Assembly: GCA_951406725.2 (NCBI GenBank)
Contig: OX597819.1
Location: 52,018,001-52,082,000, forward strand
Length of the DNA: 64,000 nt
Source: Octopus vulgaris
Taxonomy: Eukaryota
Direction of reading: 5' to 3'
Part shown: positions 31,807 to 44,576 of the stretch, piece after piece
Layout of the letters: each line of letters begins with the position of its first letter
Numbering within the stretch: position 1 is the first letter of the stretch
Notes under the pieces: model-generated
The model's database searches: none
What the model saw: only the letters and a program-made list of their open reading frames with translations
Told to the model about the DNA's origin: nothing
Program-made: the position numbers and the translations under genes

Positions 31807-32053
31807 AATGGTGCTGGTGGTTGTGTTGTAATGGGCGGTGGTTGTGGTGTGATGGATGGGATGGTGGGAGAGCGAGGGGCTAAGATCAGCGACCAGTGGC
31901 ACAGAACGTGCACTACTAAAACGGCGCGAATGTGTGTCTGCAATGTAAGAGAGTTGTTGTTCCGAAAGATTTGTGCGTAGCTAAAATAAATGGTCACGCT
32001 TCGTTTGAATGATTTCCCCGAATGAGAAGTTCGACTGAGCGTGAAGAAGCTGA

Positions 32054-32109
<56 letters not shown>

Positions 32110-32367
32110 AGTAAGAGAAAGAGTGAGAGAAGAAACCATGAGAGAGGTGAAAAAGAGAGGAGATAGTAATAGAGAAAATATAAGATGGTGGTGGTGGTGT
32201 TGGTGGTGGTGGTGGTGGTGGTGGTGGTGGTGGTGGTGGCGGGGGTCGGTAATTGAGAGAGACTGAGAAAAGGAGAGATTTGCTGGAAAATAACACTCCA
32301 TTCTCATTTTCAGCTTTGCTGGTTTTTATGAATATTTATGAGGCGACGGCATCGGTGGGAGAGAAAG

Positions 32368-32415
<48 letters not shown>

Positions 32416-32519
32416 TAGACAGATAGACAGACGTGGTGGTGGCGGTGGTGGTGTAAGAACAGGGAAATTGGAAAATAGGAGAGTGACGTGGTCTCCTAAG
32501 AGAAAGAGAACGACAGAGG

Positions 32520-32596
<77 letters not shown>

Positions 32597-32897
32597 AGGG
32601 AAGATGGAAGGGAGAGTGAGTAGGTGAGTGAGATAATGAACGAGACGAAGAAAGGAAGGAAGAGAGGGAGATTAAAAGAGAGCAACAGAGTTGGATGTAA
32701 GACCAGTTAGGTGGGAGAGGTGAGCAAAACTCCATGCCGTTGTTTTAATGATGGTAGTGGTGGTGGTGGTGGTGGTTGTGGTGGTGGTGGTGGTTTTTTT
32801 AATGTTATTAATTAGTTAGAGGGGCAGTGGGAGTGATGAGGTAGCAGCCCATAATGATTTCTTCTTTTGAAATAGAAAACTGATGACGATGATGTTT

Positions 32898-32937
<40 letters not shown>

Positions 32938-33426
32938 CAACGACTGCGATGAGAAATAGGAGGATGGCAGCGGTGCTAATAATGATTATTATGATAGAGA
33001 AGAAGAAGAAGAAGAAGAAGAAGAAGAAGAAGAAGAAGAAGAAGAAGAAGAAGAAGAAGAAGAAGAAGAAGAAGAAGAAGAAGAAGAAAACATGATAATG
33101 ACCATGTTCTTAAGATGAAGGTGATGATCAAATATTCGTGTTGATTTTGTTATTCACGATGATGAGGAGAAGGGAGAGTAGGAGATAAAATTGTAGCAGG
33201 AGGCGGAGGACAAGGAGAGTATGCTGCTGCTGCTACTGCTACTGATGCTGCTGTTGATGAGATGTTCGTGATGACGATGACGACGATGGCAAAAACAAAA
33301 AAAAGTTGACGAGGAGGAGGGAGAAGAGGATGTCCTGATGAGTGAGAGGCAAAAACAAAGCGGATGGGATATCGAGCAAGGGAAATAATCAAAAGGGGAA
33401 AAGCTTGTGAGGAATATTGAATGGAC

Positions 33427-33462
<36 letters not shown>

Positions 33463-33764
33463 AAATGGTACAGATTTTTAAAATAGTAAATGATTGAAAG
33501 TGAAGGCGTCGGTGGTTATAATGTTAGTGCTGATGTTGATGTTGATGTTGTTAGAATGTAATGAGAGGGTGAGAAAGGGGGGGGGGGTTGAAAACCGAGA
33601 GAGGAAGTGAGAGTATTATATGAGAGATTAAGAAAGGGGACGGAGGACGGAGGAGAGTAATAGTTAGAGGCAGAGCGAACAGGCAGAAGGATTTGCAGTG
33701 ATTATCTAAAAGGGATGCTGAGGCGAAAGAAGTGGAAGAAGAAGAAGAAGAAGAAGAAGAAGAA

Positions 33765-33796
<32 letters not shown>

Positions 33797-34207
33797 AGAA
33801 TGAGAAGAAGAAGAAGAAGAAGAAGAAGAAGAAGAAGACGACGAAGAAGAAGAAGAAGAAGACGAAGAAGAAGAAGAAGAAGAAGAAGAAGAAGAAGAAG
33901 AAGAAGAAGAAAAGCCGATGTTATTTAAGTGAAAATTAATTACTGACAAGATAACGGACATTGCTGGATGTGGATTGGGAACGGAGGTAAAATGGCGGGC
34001 AAGAAAGGGAGGAAAAAAGAAAAAGAAAAAATCTAGAACGAGGCTAAGATGGAGGGGAAGGTGTTGTAATGAAAGGGAGAGAAAGTGAAAGAGATGGCGG
34101 GGGATGTTTTTTTTTTTTTGAAGAACGGGAAGTGGTGATTAATACCAATGAACATGTTATTCGAATGGAAGTGAAAATCACAATGACATCCGGGAACTGA
34201 GACACAG

Positions 34208-34266
<59 letters not shown>

Positions 34267-34503
34267 GCTAGCAGTTTTTATTAATATTCTTTTTTTATTT
34301 ATTTTGTTGTTCTGTATAATGGAATGGAAATAAAATGGCAGAACGTCCGCCTAAAATGTTTTGTGGTACATCTAATATCTTCTAATTTTGGTGTTGCGAG
34401 TTCAGTTTTCCTCCCAAACAAGGCTTTGCATTTTATCTCCGCGCCCCCCACCCCCACCTCCCAGCCCTTCCTTGGGTCGATAGAATAATTAACAAATCAG
34501 TTA

Positions 34504-34651
34504 ATCCTATATTTAAGAGATGAGAAATTATGTACATTATTTACATTATTTACATTCGACGGATATGCCCACGGGCATATCGCGTAGCGGTTAAGAGCGC
34601 GGGCTACTAACCCCAAGATTCTGAGTTCGATCCCAAGCAGTGCCCTGAACA

Positions 34652-34717
<66 letters not shown>

Positions 34718-34857
34718 TCGAAAAATACCTTAGGAATGAGAACCCAGGTTCGAAATTTCCCCAAGACACCTGAAGAAGGCTGGAAGGTATATCAGCCGAA
34801 ACGTTGTGTTAACAACAAACAAGATGAGAACAAATATCTGTCGAATGTAAATAATGT
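34504..34857 (+). mobile_element. tRNA-headed, hammerhead-bearing short element with inverted 5' copy of its own 3' end and 10-bp TSD
   Basis: Inverted 3'-end copy at ~34509-34566; tRNA-like head at 34573-34646; (AAT)n; HHR at 34765-34810. TSD AAATCAGTTA at 34494-34503 and 34858-34867. Confidence 0.8.
34765..34810 (+). ncRNA. Minimal type I hammerhead ribozyme (family H1)
   Basis: GACAC-CUGAAGA-A-GGCUG(GAAGGUAUAU)CAGCC-GAAA-CG-UU-GUGUU. Helix I 5 bp, helix II 5 bp, palindromic ACGU helix III, GUU site. Confidence 0.75.
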
Positions 34858-35221
34858 AAATCAGTTACTTGTTTTAAATAAAGAACAAATCGGTTCATTC
34901 GATTGGACTGCCGTAAAGTTTCAAGGATTCCCCAAACGATCATTCGATGCGCTAGAAATATCAGCCAGATATCCTTCTGATTGCACCCTGCCGTCTCAGA
35001 AAAGAGACAGAGAATACACCGGAATAACGTAACTCGAAATACAATGCACTCGAAAACAAAAAGCAGGATGTTTACGATGGTCATTGTTGTCCAAGGAATG
35101 TTATCGATCATTGTTCTACACGACCAAATTTGACCTAGGGCTAAGCAACAAAAACAGCAATATACCTAGTTTTACTGTTAATTTTGTTTTAGTTAATTAG
35201 TGCCGGACTTACTTACGGAGC

Positions 35222-35572
35222 TCTCTTTCACTCTCTTTTAATTGTTTCAGTCATCTGACTGCGGCCATGCTCGAGCACATCGACCCCAGGACTTATTCTC
35301 TGTATGCCTAGTACTTATTCTAGCGGTCTCTTTTGCCGAACCGCTAGTTTACGGGGACGTAAACACACCAGCATCGGTTGTCAAGCGAGGTTGGGGGGAC
35401 AAACAGACACACAAACATATACACACACATACATTTATATGTTCATATATACGACGGGCTTCTTTCAGTTTTCGTCTACCAAATCCACTCACAAGTCGGC
35501 CTGAGGCTATAGTAGAAGACACTTGCCCAAGGTGCCACGCAGTGGGAATGAACCCAGAACCATGTGGTTGGT
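35222..35572 (-). mobile_element. SINE family A
   Basis: Family A tail, body and partial head. Confidence 0.85.
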
Positions 35573-35649
35573 TCATCTGGTAACAAATAAGTTTCATCCA
35601 CTTACAACAAATCGCTCTAATCAATATGGACTACAATATCTGATGAATT

Positions 35650-36048
35650 GAAGGCGGCGAGCTGGCAGAAACTTTAGCACGCCGGGCGAAATGCTTAGCA
35701 GTATTTCGTCTGCCGCTACGTTCTGAGTTCAAATTCCGCCGAGGTCGACTTTGCCTTTCATCCTTTCGGGGTCGAGTAAATAAGTACCAGTTACGCACTG
35801 GGGTCGATATAATCGACTTAATCTGTTTGTCTGTCCTTGTTTGTCCTCTCTGTGTTTAGCCCCTTGTGGGTAGTAAGCAAATAGGTATTTCGTCTGTCTT
35901 TACGTTCTGAGTTGAAATACCGCCGAGATCGACTTTGCCTTTCATCCTTTCGGGATCGATAAAATAAATACCAGTTGCGTACTAGGGTCGATCTAATCGA
36001 CTGGCCTCTTCCTGAAAAATTTTGGACTTTGTGATTAGAGTAGAAAAG
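35650..36048 (+). mobile_element. Dimeric SINE family B with 14-bp TSD
   Basis: Two tandem B bodies flanked by AATATCTGATGAAT at 35635-35648 and 36049-36062. Confidence 0.9.
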
Positions 36049-38994
36049 AATATCTGATGAATCGAGTTAGAAATCACTGTCCAGAAATTACGACAGATCT
36101 CTCTCATATCACAACTCATAGTATTAGATAATAAAAAAAAGACACATTAGATAATGTAATTCCAAATAGCACTAACAGAACAGAGTGCACAATACAAGAA
36201 TGCCTTTAATTGTAGGCTACAGTCCAGTTCCTGAAAAAGTTAGATTAAACTACAAGTATCTAGGGATTACTGTTCATCACAATAATTTCGTGACCACCAA
36301 GGTTTACACCATAATTCCAGGGTTTACACAAGTAGAAGCTGTACGAAACAAAACCGTTTTCGAAAATTTCAGCCTTAGTCTTTTGTTTGAAGAAACTAAT
36401 GAGACGACAATATCAGCTGATTAGACCAGCATCCGTATTTTACTGGTAGTTTGTTTTATATATCACAGATGGGTGAAAAACAAAGCTGACTTTAGTAGGA
36501 TTTGAATTCAAAACATAAAAACACAGCAAGTAATTTTGGCCTACATTTCAACGATTCGGCCAAACCACTGTCTATAAAACGACACGTAACTTTTACATGT
36601 TTGTTCGACTTGCTACAACTATCAGCCGAAATCTTCTTTAAATCACACCTTAACTGCCTTAAACGAAGAAGAATACACAGGGTAATGTAGATTCAGACAT
36701 ACAAGAATGACGGAATAGCCACTGGTGGGACATACAGGTCTGCTGGATCGAGTCTGATCTGAGGCTAAACAGCCGCAACGACGACGTATATAGCGGCGGA
36801 GACGGCGAGGAAGGCGGTGACGGCGGCGGCGGCAGTGGTGGTGGCGGTGGTGGTGGTGGCGGCGGCGGTGGTGGTGGTGGTGATGGTGGTGGTGGTAGTG
36901 GCGGCGGCGGCAGCGGTGGTGGTGGTGGTGGTGGTGATGGTGGTGACGGTGGTGGCGGCGGCGGCAGCGGTGGTTGTTGTGGCGGTAAAGTAGATGGTAA
37001 CAACGAGACCACTTTAACGAAATCAGCCACTGGATTACTAACCATCGAAGCTTGTTGTCAATCGATCTTGTACGTGTTGCTGCTTATTGATTGAAGCGAT
37101 AACTGATTTAGCGCTACCCGATTAATCGGTGAAGCAAATCTAACACATTCTCGTCTACCCCTACCATTACAAACCAACCACCTCAGTATCCCTGCCACCA
37201 CCATCACCACCAGTACCACCACTAGCCCCGCCCAAACCAGCACCGCCACTACAACCACTTCGACTCCAACCCAAACCAACATTACTACCACCACCACCAC
37301 TACTACTTCACCTACGAACACCACCACAGCCATCACCATCACCAACCATAGACACTATACTACGGCTACCACAACCGTCACCTCAGCTACCGAGACCGCC
37401 AAAACCAATGCCACCACCGACGCACCAACCAGCACTACCGCCATCGTCTCCACCATTACGACCACCAACACTATCCTTGCCAATACCATAACAACCACTG
37501 CAGCTACACTATTACCATCACTACCACCACAACACTTACTACTATATCTAATATCACCACTATCACAACCACAAATACTATCATCTTTATTATTATAACT
37601 ATCACTACTATCCCTCCATCACAACCATCATCATCATTATCATCATCACCACCACTATCACTACCACAACCACCACCACCATGATCATCACCACTATCAA
37701 TATCACTTCGCATCATCATCACTATAGTGATCTTAATTCCACCGTCACCAATACCACCACCATCATTACAACTGAAACCATACCACCACCAAAACTACTA
37801 CCAATTATATAAGTTTCGAGTTTTGACACAAGACCAACAATTTCGGGGGAGGAGGCTGGTCGATTACACCGACCCCAATATTCAACTGGTACTTATTTTA
37901 TCAACCCCGAAAGGATGAAAGGCAAAGTCGACCCCGGCGGAATTTGAACTCCGAGCGTAAAGGCCGAGGAAATGCTGCTATGCATTTTGCTCAGTATGCT
38001 AACGTTTCCAGTATGCTAGAGCTCGCCGCCTTATTACTACTAACTGTATAATTCAGTAAAGGTCACATGACTCATTACCTCTCAACACAACTAACACCAA
38101 TGTGAACCAGCTACGAAGCTCCAACAGCTAAGAAACTGCAGCCAAATTTTCCTCAAATACTAACCTATCGTCTTCAAAACTAGTCAAACTACAGGATAAA
38201 CTAATGCTAAACATAGAACGTCAGTAAAGAAAATACAATTGAAACTGTTAGAATGCCGTTTGAATATTGTTTTAACCAACACACAAATATTTCTCAGACG
38301 TGTGAACTTTGTAAGTGAATGGCCCAAGCAACAACTCTGCATAAAGTGAGTCTCTCAAACTAAAGCAAAATTTAGATGTACCTTACGAAATTTTCACATA
38401 CTCACACAAATACTACAAAACAACAACGTTTACAAATAATTCAGACAAATACACGAATTTACGAAGAAAATAACACAGACAGCAAAAATACAATAACAAT
38501 AGAATGTAAATATTACTTCATCAAGTTACAGATTTGCACAGAACATATTTTAAACGAATAAATGTTTCACCCTCACACAACTTTTGTAAATATATTGTAC
38601 AAACCCTTGAAACTTTGCAATACAACATTAAGGGTATTAAAATCACTTTTATGGAACTAAAAGATATCATCAACCATAATATGCAGAAATAATTTAAATA
38701 GCATACATACTACAGAAAAATCGAGAATCAGACTATACCTAATCTGATGAGACACACCTAATTAGAACGGGATTGATCTTCTATCATACATGACTATTTG
38801 TGTTCTATGTAGAAATATCGGAAATGATATTTGCAAACTAATGGGGAAGAATGTTACATGAAAATTGTGGTCTTTCAAAATAAAACTAGAACACGAAACA
38901 TACTAATATAATAAACATACACACACAGGCATATACATATATTTGCATACATATATATGTGTGTGCATGTGTATGTGTGTGTATGTATATATAT

Positions 38995-39035
<41 letters not shown>

Positions 39036-39054
39036 ATGTATATATATATATACA

Positions 39055-39120
<66 letters not shown>

Positions 39121-39264
39121 TATAGTGTACATTTAAGCACTTAAGAGGTATCCATCATAGGACTACCTACACGCTAGAGAGGACAGTTAAATTCTTAACT
39201 GTCCACTCTAGCGTGTAGGTAGTCCTATGATGGATACCTCTTATGTGTTTAAATATACACTGTA
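39121..39264. repeat. ~70-bp-arm near-perfect inverted repeat (4-nt loop)
   Basis: Arms 39121-39190 and 39195-39264 with loop ATTC and about 5 mismatches. Abuts (TA)n. Confidence 0.95.
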
Positions 39265-41339
39265 TTCGTATGAATAAAACATAGTCTATTGACTAAATTT
39301 TTACATACTAGGCCACTAGTAATGGAAATTTCTAATATTTCAGATTACCCTTTGATATTATTAATTATATATATATATAAACAGTTTGGCGCAATATAAG
39401 GCCATAAAGAAAATATCTAATGGTCACTAATTATGAATGATGGAGCTGAAGTATCTATATTGTTAGAAATAAGAGTTAAAATTTCTTAATGTTATATGAA
39501 GCGCACAATATATATACACTGAGAGGGGAGATAACCGCCCTATGAGTGAATCTAGGATCACTAGACTAGATTCGTCTATCACTCATAGACCCGTAAGCAG
39601 AGAATACTCAATCGCTCGATGGCTTGGCTAAATCGTTCTGTCAATATATATATTTACCATATAAATTTATGGCTGATTTAACGAAATGCTAATGTGCATA
39701 TTAAAACTTCCTATATCAATACCATTTTCACCTAACCTTCCCACTAGACTACATGGCTAACCTATTGCACTTTCACATTCTCACAGACTCTATAATTCAG
39801 TGAGACTTCAAGATACTCTAAAACCTCTTATTTTTCATATAATGCAAATAATACGTGGACCGACTTATCAACATCGTGACTAGATTTTTCAAAATCTTTT
39901 AAACAAACAACAACACTACTCACATACCTCACCAAACCAAACGCAATAACTCTTTCCCCCCATATTTCATCTCTTGCTTTTTACATATATTTAACACGAC
40001 CATCTGATACAAATCTTTCACTTTCTTCGATCACCTATCTAATTGTCATCATAACACAGACTCGCACATGACTGAAGATAACAAAAACACCTTTACTTAC
40101 TTTAAAAAAAAAACGCAATAATAAGAATTTCATCCAGAAACAGAATGGAGATTTTTCCCTCGAATTCAACAATACCACAAACACTAGAAAAAGCTAGATT
40201 CATAAAAATTAACCCTATAATACCAAAACCTCAATATAGTTTCATAAGTCTTTGCCTTCTTTACTAATTTCCATATACATTTAACATAGGTGGTTTAAGT
40301 CCGTGCAAATATCTAAATAGAGGGACAGGTTCGTTGGAATCGTGTAAGAAAATATGGATAATTAACCACTATACGAGATTAGTTTCAATTTCATTGCAGT
40401 AATCTGCTTTTTGTTTTGAAAATATGCGTGTTAGAGGGTGATTGTAAAACGCCCTTTGGTAAAGGTGGCGAACCACCGTTCAATAGTTAATGCTTCTGGT
40501 GGTTGTTGTTGTAACAAAGCTTTTCCATAAATTCTGAATCAATGCAGAAGTCTTTTACAAAAGCCTTGTGAGTATTCTTGTGATGTTTGTGCCGTCCACC
40601 GCGCAAACGATTTCTTCTTACTCAGGTGGAATTACCTTCTGCTTTTGCTGTCAGTGAAAGAAGTTTGAGAGGCATAAGATAAGACATGGGTCACTGATCT
40701 TGAAGAACCCGATTAGAATGGTGTTAGATCTAAAGGCACCCAGGGCCTGACTGACCCCGTCCTCAGAGAGTAGCATGAGTCACCTGTGTCAAACGAACTA
40801 CTGTTGACTTATTGACAGTAAAGTGCCTGTTCAGAAGACTGTGTAAATGCTCTCCACCGTTTTTTAAGCGTTGTCTTTTTGTCCGTTAAGTTTGCGACCT
40901 CGTCTGTGCTTAGCACCAGAGATGAACTAGAGGTCTGTGGACCGTAGCCAGTTCTCAAAGCATCATTGAAGCATCTCAAATTACCCGTTCTCTACATAGG
41001 ACTGAATCTAATCTGTCTTTATTTTCTTACTGTATCAAGAGTCCTATATCTGCCAAGATTAGACCAGGGCAATCCTGAGTGCCGAGGTAAAAGCTTCCAT
41101 TTCAATTTGGGCCCTTCTGTTATTTCTCTTACAGTTCACCGGATCGACAGCTTGTTCCAAGTCAAGAGGCTGGACTTTCTGGAATAATGTACTCCGGACA
41201 GTATTAGCCAATATACCCGATCATAGTGATGATTATTGAGAATGCAAATGCCCAGATGTCGGCAACAGATCATTCAGAAGAAATCATTATTAACATTGTC
41301 GTGCTGCCGTAAACGAAACCTTTGGATTCTCAATTAATA

Positions 41340-41420
41340 CAGTAATCCCTCGCTATATCGCGGTTCACCTATCGCAAGAGTTTTTGGAACGTAACACCCA
41401 GGATAGTCGAGCGATTGCTA
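41340..41420. mobile_element. Possible pogo/Tigger-like MITE remnant
   Basis: TA-CAGTAATCCCTCGCTATATCGCGG start with a degenerate inverted end GATAGTCGAGCGATTGCTA. Confidence 0.45.
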
Positions 41421-41722
41421 TATATATTAGCTTGATTAAATTATCTTTTGTATCTCATATCTTTTTTCTTTTACTTGTTCCAAATATTAGACTGCAGTTA
41501 TGCTGGGGCATCATCTTGGAGAATTTTAGTCGAATGAATCGACCCCCGTACTTTTTCTAAAGCTTGGTACTTATTCTATCGGGCTCTTTTGCCGAACTAC
41601 TAATCTTACGGGAGTATAAAGACACCAACATCAGTTGTCAATCGGTGGTCGGGGGACAAGCACAGAAACAAGGACATATATATATATACATACATACACA
41701 CACACACACACACATATATTTA

Positions 41723-41768
<46 letters not shown>

Positions 41769-41806
41769 ATATACTTTATTTAAAGCAGCAGAAAATTCAA
41801 CAAAAT

Positions 41807-41844
41807 CTGTTACTCTGAGTTTCTCGTTGCCGTTCATCAGACAG
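41807..41844 (-). ncRNA. Minimal type I hammerhead ribozyme (family H2)
   Basis: CUGU-CUGAUGA-ACG(GCAA)CGA-GAAA-CUC(A)GAG-UA-ACAG; GUA site. Confidence 0.8.
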
Positions 41845-42982
41845 TTTTTGCTAGAATGGAACCGATATAACAATTCAATCCAGACTCTTACAAACGCTAC
41901 ACCTTTAAAAAAATGGACTTGTTTGATTGGCCCTTTAGAAATAACGGTCAATCTTCGAGCGATAAACAAAAAAGAGCTCAAAAATATATGTATATATATA
42001 TATATATAAAAAAAATTATAAAAATTATAAAAATTATAAAATTCGAGGAAAAAACCTTACATTGAATAAAATACATATTGACGTTAATGAAGAAAATATA
42101 ATTAATGCATAGAAATTAAAACTTATTATAAATATTACACTGCAATACATATTCATATTAAAGTGTACATATATATATATCAACATACACAGAAGGATGC
42201 GTGCAAACGCCATACATATACAGACGTATAAATATAAATCTAAAATATACACATAAATGCATGCATACATATATGGACGCAATCTATCTCGCACGCAAGT
42301 TAAAATCATCGATGTAGCGTTTCTCATTTACTGAGTAAAGCTTAAGTAAGGGGGACGTAAAGTTGTATCAGTATCAGTTAGAGAAAAAAAACAAAAGAAA
42401 GGAAGAGAGAGAAAAAGGAACGAAGAAGGGGGAAGGAAAAAAGAAAAAGGAGGGGTGGGGAAAAAACGAAATAAGAAAAATTATGTAACAAGCTGTGTAA
42501 CCGCGTTATTGACATATATGGAGACAAGTATACAAATACACAAGTTCGAATGGATACATACACATACAGTCGTGTATGTGTGTGCTTAAGCACAAACATA
42601 CGCTCACTTACACATACACAGATACGCATGCTTACAAATACATATCCATGGCTATACACATATTTATATCAAAATTCTAATTTTTGACAACATTGCTTTT
42701 TAAAAAAAGGTGAGTGCAATAATGAAAAATATACGAAAGACATATAAAATATAACACCCTATTTTGGATCATCTATAAATTAAAAATCAAGGTAATCCTA
42801 TACAATACAATAACATGAAATAAACAAAACCGAAGGTTTTTCCTAATGTATATGTAGAAATATAAGACTTTGCTATACGGAATGAAATCTACATAGCGCG
42901 AAACAAATCCATCGTCGCGTTTACATACTAGTTCAAGAGTCAAAATCAAAATTTCAAAAATCAAAAATACAAAATATATACT

Positions 42983-44325
42983 CTATCCATATGGTATATT
43001 TATATTTGACATTTTAAATTTGGTTGCGTGTCTACATAAGTTCATTAGCTCACTTCTTTGATTCAAAGAATGATTGTCTTTGAATAAAATGTACAGTTTT
43101 TCTAATAGGCAAAGCTTGCATTTAAAATTAGTTCTGCTTGTATGGTGCCGCTCTGTCCAGAATGCTCCATGTCACGTTGAAAGGTGGGGTTTCCTTTTCT
43201 TTTAGTTCCCAGACATATTTTGCTAGGCTGGTCCTCTTCCTATTCTCTGGGTGTTTAAATGAATTTTTATGTGAATAAAATCGTGTTTTAAATGAATTTT
43301 CTGAAGCCCCTGTGTATGTCTTGTATTCCGATGAGCCTTCTATTTGCACCTTGGCTCTATAAACTACTCCTTTCACTAGACATTTCCCTTCTAACGGACA
43401 GGAGTTTTCGTTTTTGCAATTGCATTTCTTAATGGGCTCGGCACCATGTCTAATCTCAATCAGATTCCTATTATGCTGGCTAATGTAAGAGGCGAAATTT
43501 CTGCAACAAGAATAGCTAACTTTCAGGGTTCTTCTATTAAATGTCCTATAGAATTTATGACCCTGCTTAAAATGCTTAGAGACTAATCTCAAAAATTCCT
43601 TACCTATATTAGTCTTTACGGCCAAATTGAAAGCCGGGTTGAACCACAAAACTTTCCTGGTCCTAGTTCTTCGTACAGCATTATTACCAGCATTAAGCTG
43701 GTTGAACTGGATCTTCTCAGAGAATCCACTATTCTTTAATGCGCTATCGTAATAAGGTGCAGCATTATGGAATGCTGCCTCGTCCGAAGAAATTGAAGAT
43801 ATTCTTTTACCTACATTGCTGACTAAGTTCCTAAGGATAACTAGTGGATGGTTCGAATCTTCGCTAATATACGATAGCTTTTCATTGGGCTTACGGAAAG
43901 GTTTAAATCTACCCGACCTTACATTAAAATTTACGTCTAAAAAATCTACACTATTCAGGTTAGCATCTATTGTAACCCGTAAGCCCATCCTTTGAAAGAA
44001 AGCAATAAGGTCCTTCCTAAGTCTATCTGATTCATGGCCGTTTAGATTATGCGTGGCTATAAGGCCGTCATCCCTATATAAACCTGCATCTATAAATGGG
44101 AATTCTATTTTTAGATTATGGAGAATAAAGGCTCCTATGAGCATACATAACTCAGCCCCGTCGTATGCCCCCATCGGTACATCGAAAAGAGAATCCTCAG
44201 TCTTCTTAATCCAGGTGGAATCCTCGAAAAAAGAAGCGATTTCCTCGCATGCATAATAATATCAATTTCCGAGCTATCGATGTTGACATACTACTTGGCG
44301 AAGTCCAATGCCCTTAGGAGCAACG

Positions 44326-44330
<5 letters not shown>
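42983..44330 (-). pseudogene. PLE reverse transcriptase plus GIY-YIG endonuclease (disrupted)
   Basis: MGAYDGAE..GLYRDDGL (RT), FLDVNF, WFNPAF, SYSC, CNC..CPLEGKC, GVVY..YTGASENSFKTRF (GIY-YIG). After a frameshift near 43130 it continues CKLCLLEK..NQRSELMNLCRH to a TAG at 42983-42985. Upstream there is a TAG at 44291-44293 and a frameshift near 44230. Confidence 0.93.
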
Positions 44331-44372
<42 letters not shown>

Positions 44373-44375
44373 CAA

Positions 44376-44422
<47 letters not shown>

Positions 44423-44532
44423 ATAAAAATGGTAAAACAACAAAAGAATGAAAGAGACCTCAATATTATGTAAATAGAGTAATTTAATTGTCACATATTA
44501 CATTTATATATATACGTATAGCTTGTGGTTAA

Positions 44533-44576
44533 CTCGCACTGAGGATGGATAACACCCAGAAACCTAGGTCTGTGAG
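44533..44576 (+). ncRNA. Type I hammerhead ribozyme (family H3)
   Basis: CUCGCA-CUGAGGA-UGG(AUAACAC)CCA-GAAA-CCUAGG-UC-UGUGAG. Palindromic ACCUAGGU helix III, GUC site. Confidence 0.82.

Larger units (their letters stand above)
41770..44330 (-). mobile_element. 5'-truncated Penelope-like element 1 (Naiad-like) with ~1.2-kb 3' region ending in HHR and AATAAA
   Basis: RT plus GIY-YIG coding remnant at 42983-44330; HHR at 41807-41844 on the same strand; AATAAA at 41775-41780; (TA)n on both sides. Confidence 0.85.

Noticed and set aside
34573-34646. Functional tRNA gene (also 59873-59943)
   Set aside because: The anticodon and T stems are mispaired and both are embedded in repeat elements, so they are treated as SINE heads.
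35635-36075. Two CTGATGA motifs
   Set aside because: They are the 14-bp TSD of a SINE insertion and do not form a ribozyme fold.
38740-38835. CTGATGA...GAAATATC..GATAT hammerhead-like motif
   Set aside because: There is no helix I pairing and helix II is implausibly long and weak.
40380-41280. Higher-complexity segment as a possible exon or retroelement ORF (also 15950-16500)
   Set aside because: The frames I examined contain multiple stops and no motif I can identify with confidence; this needs BLASTX.
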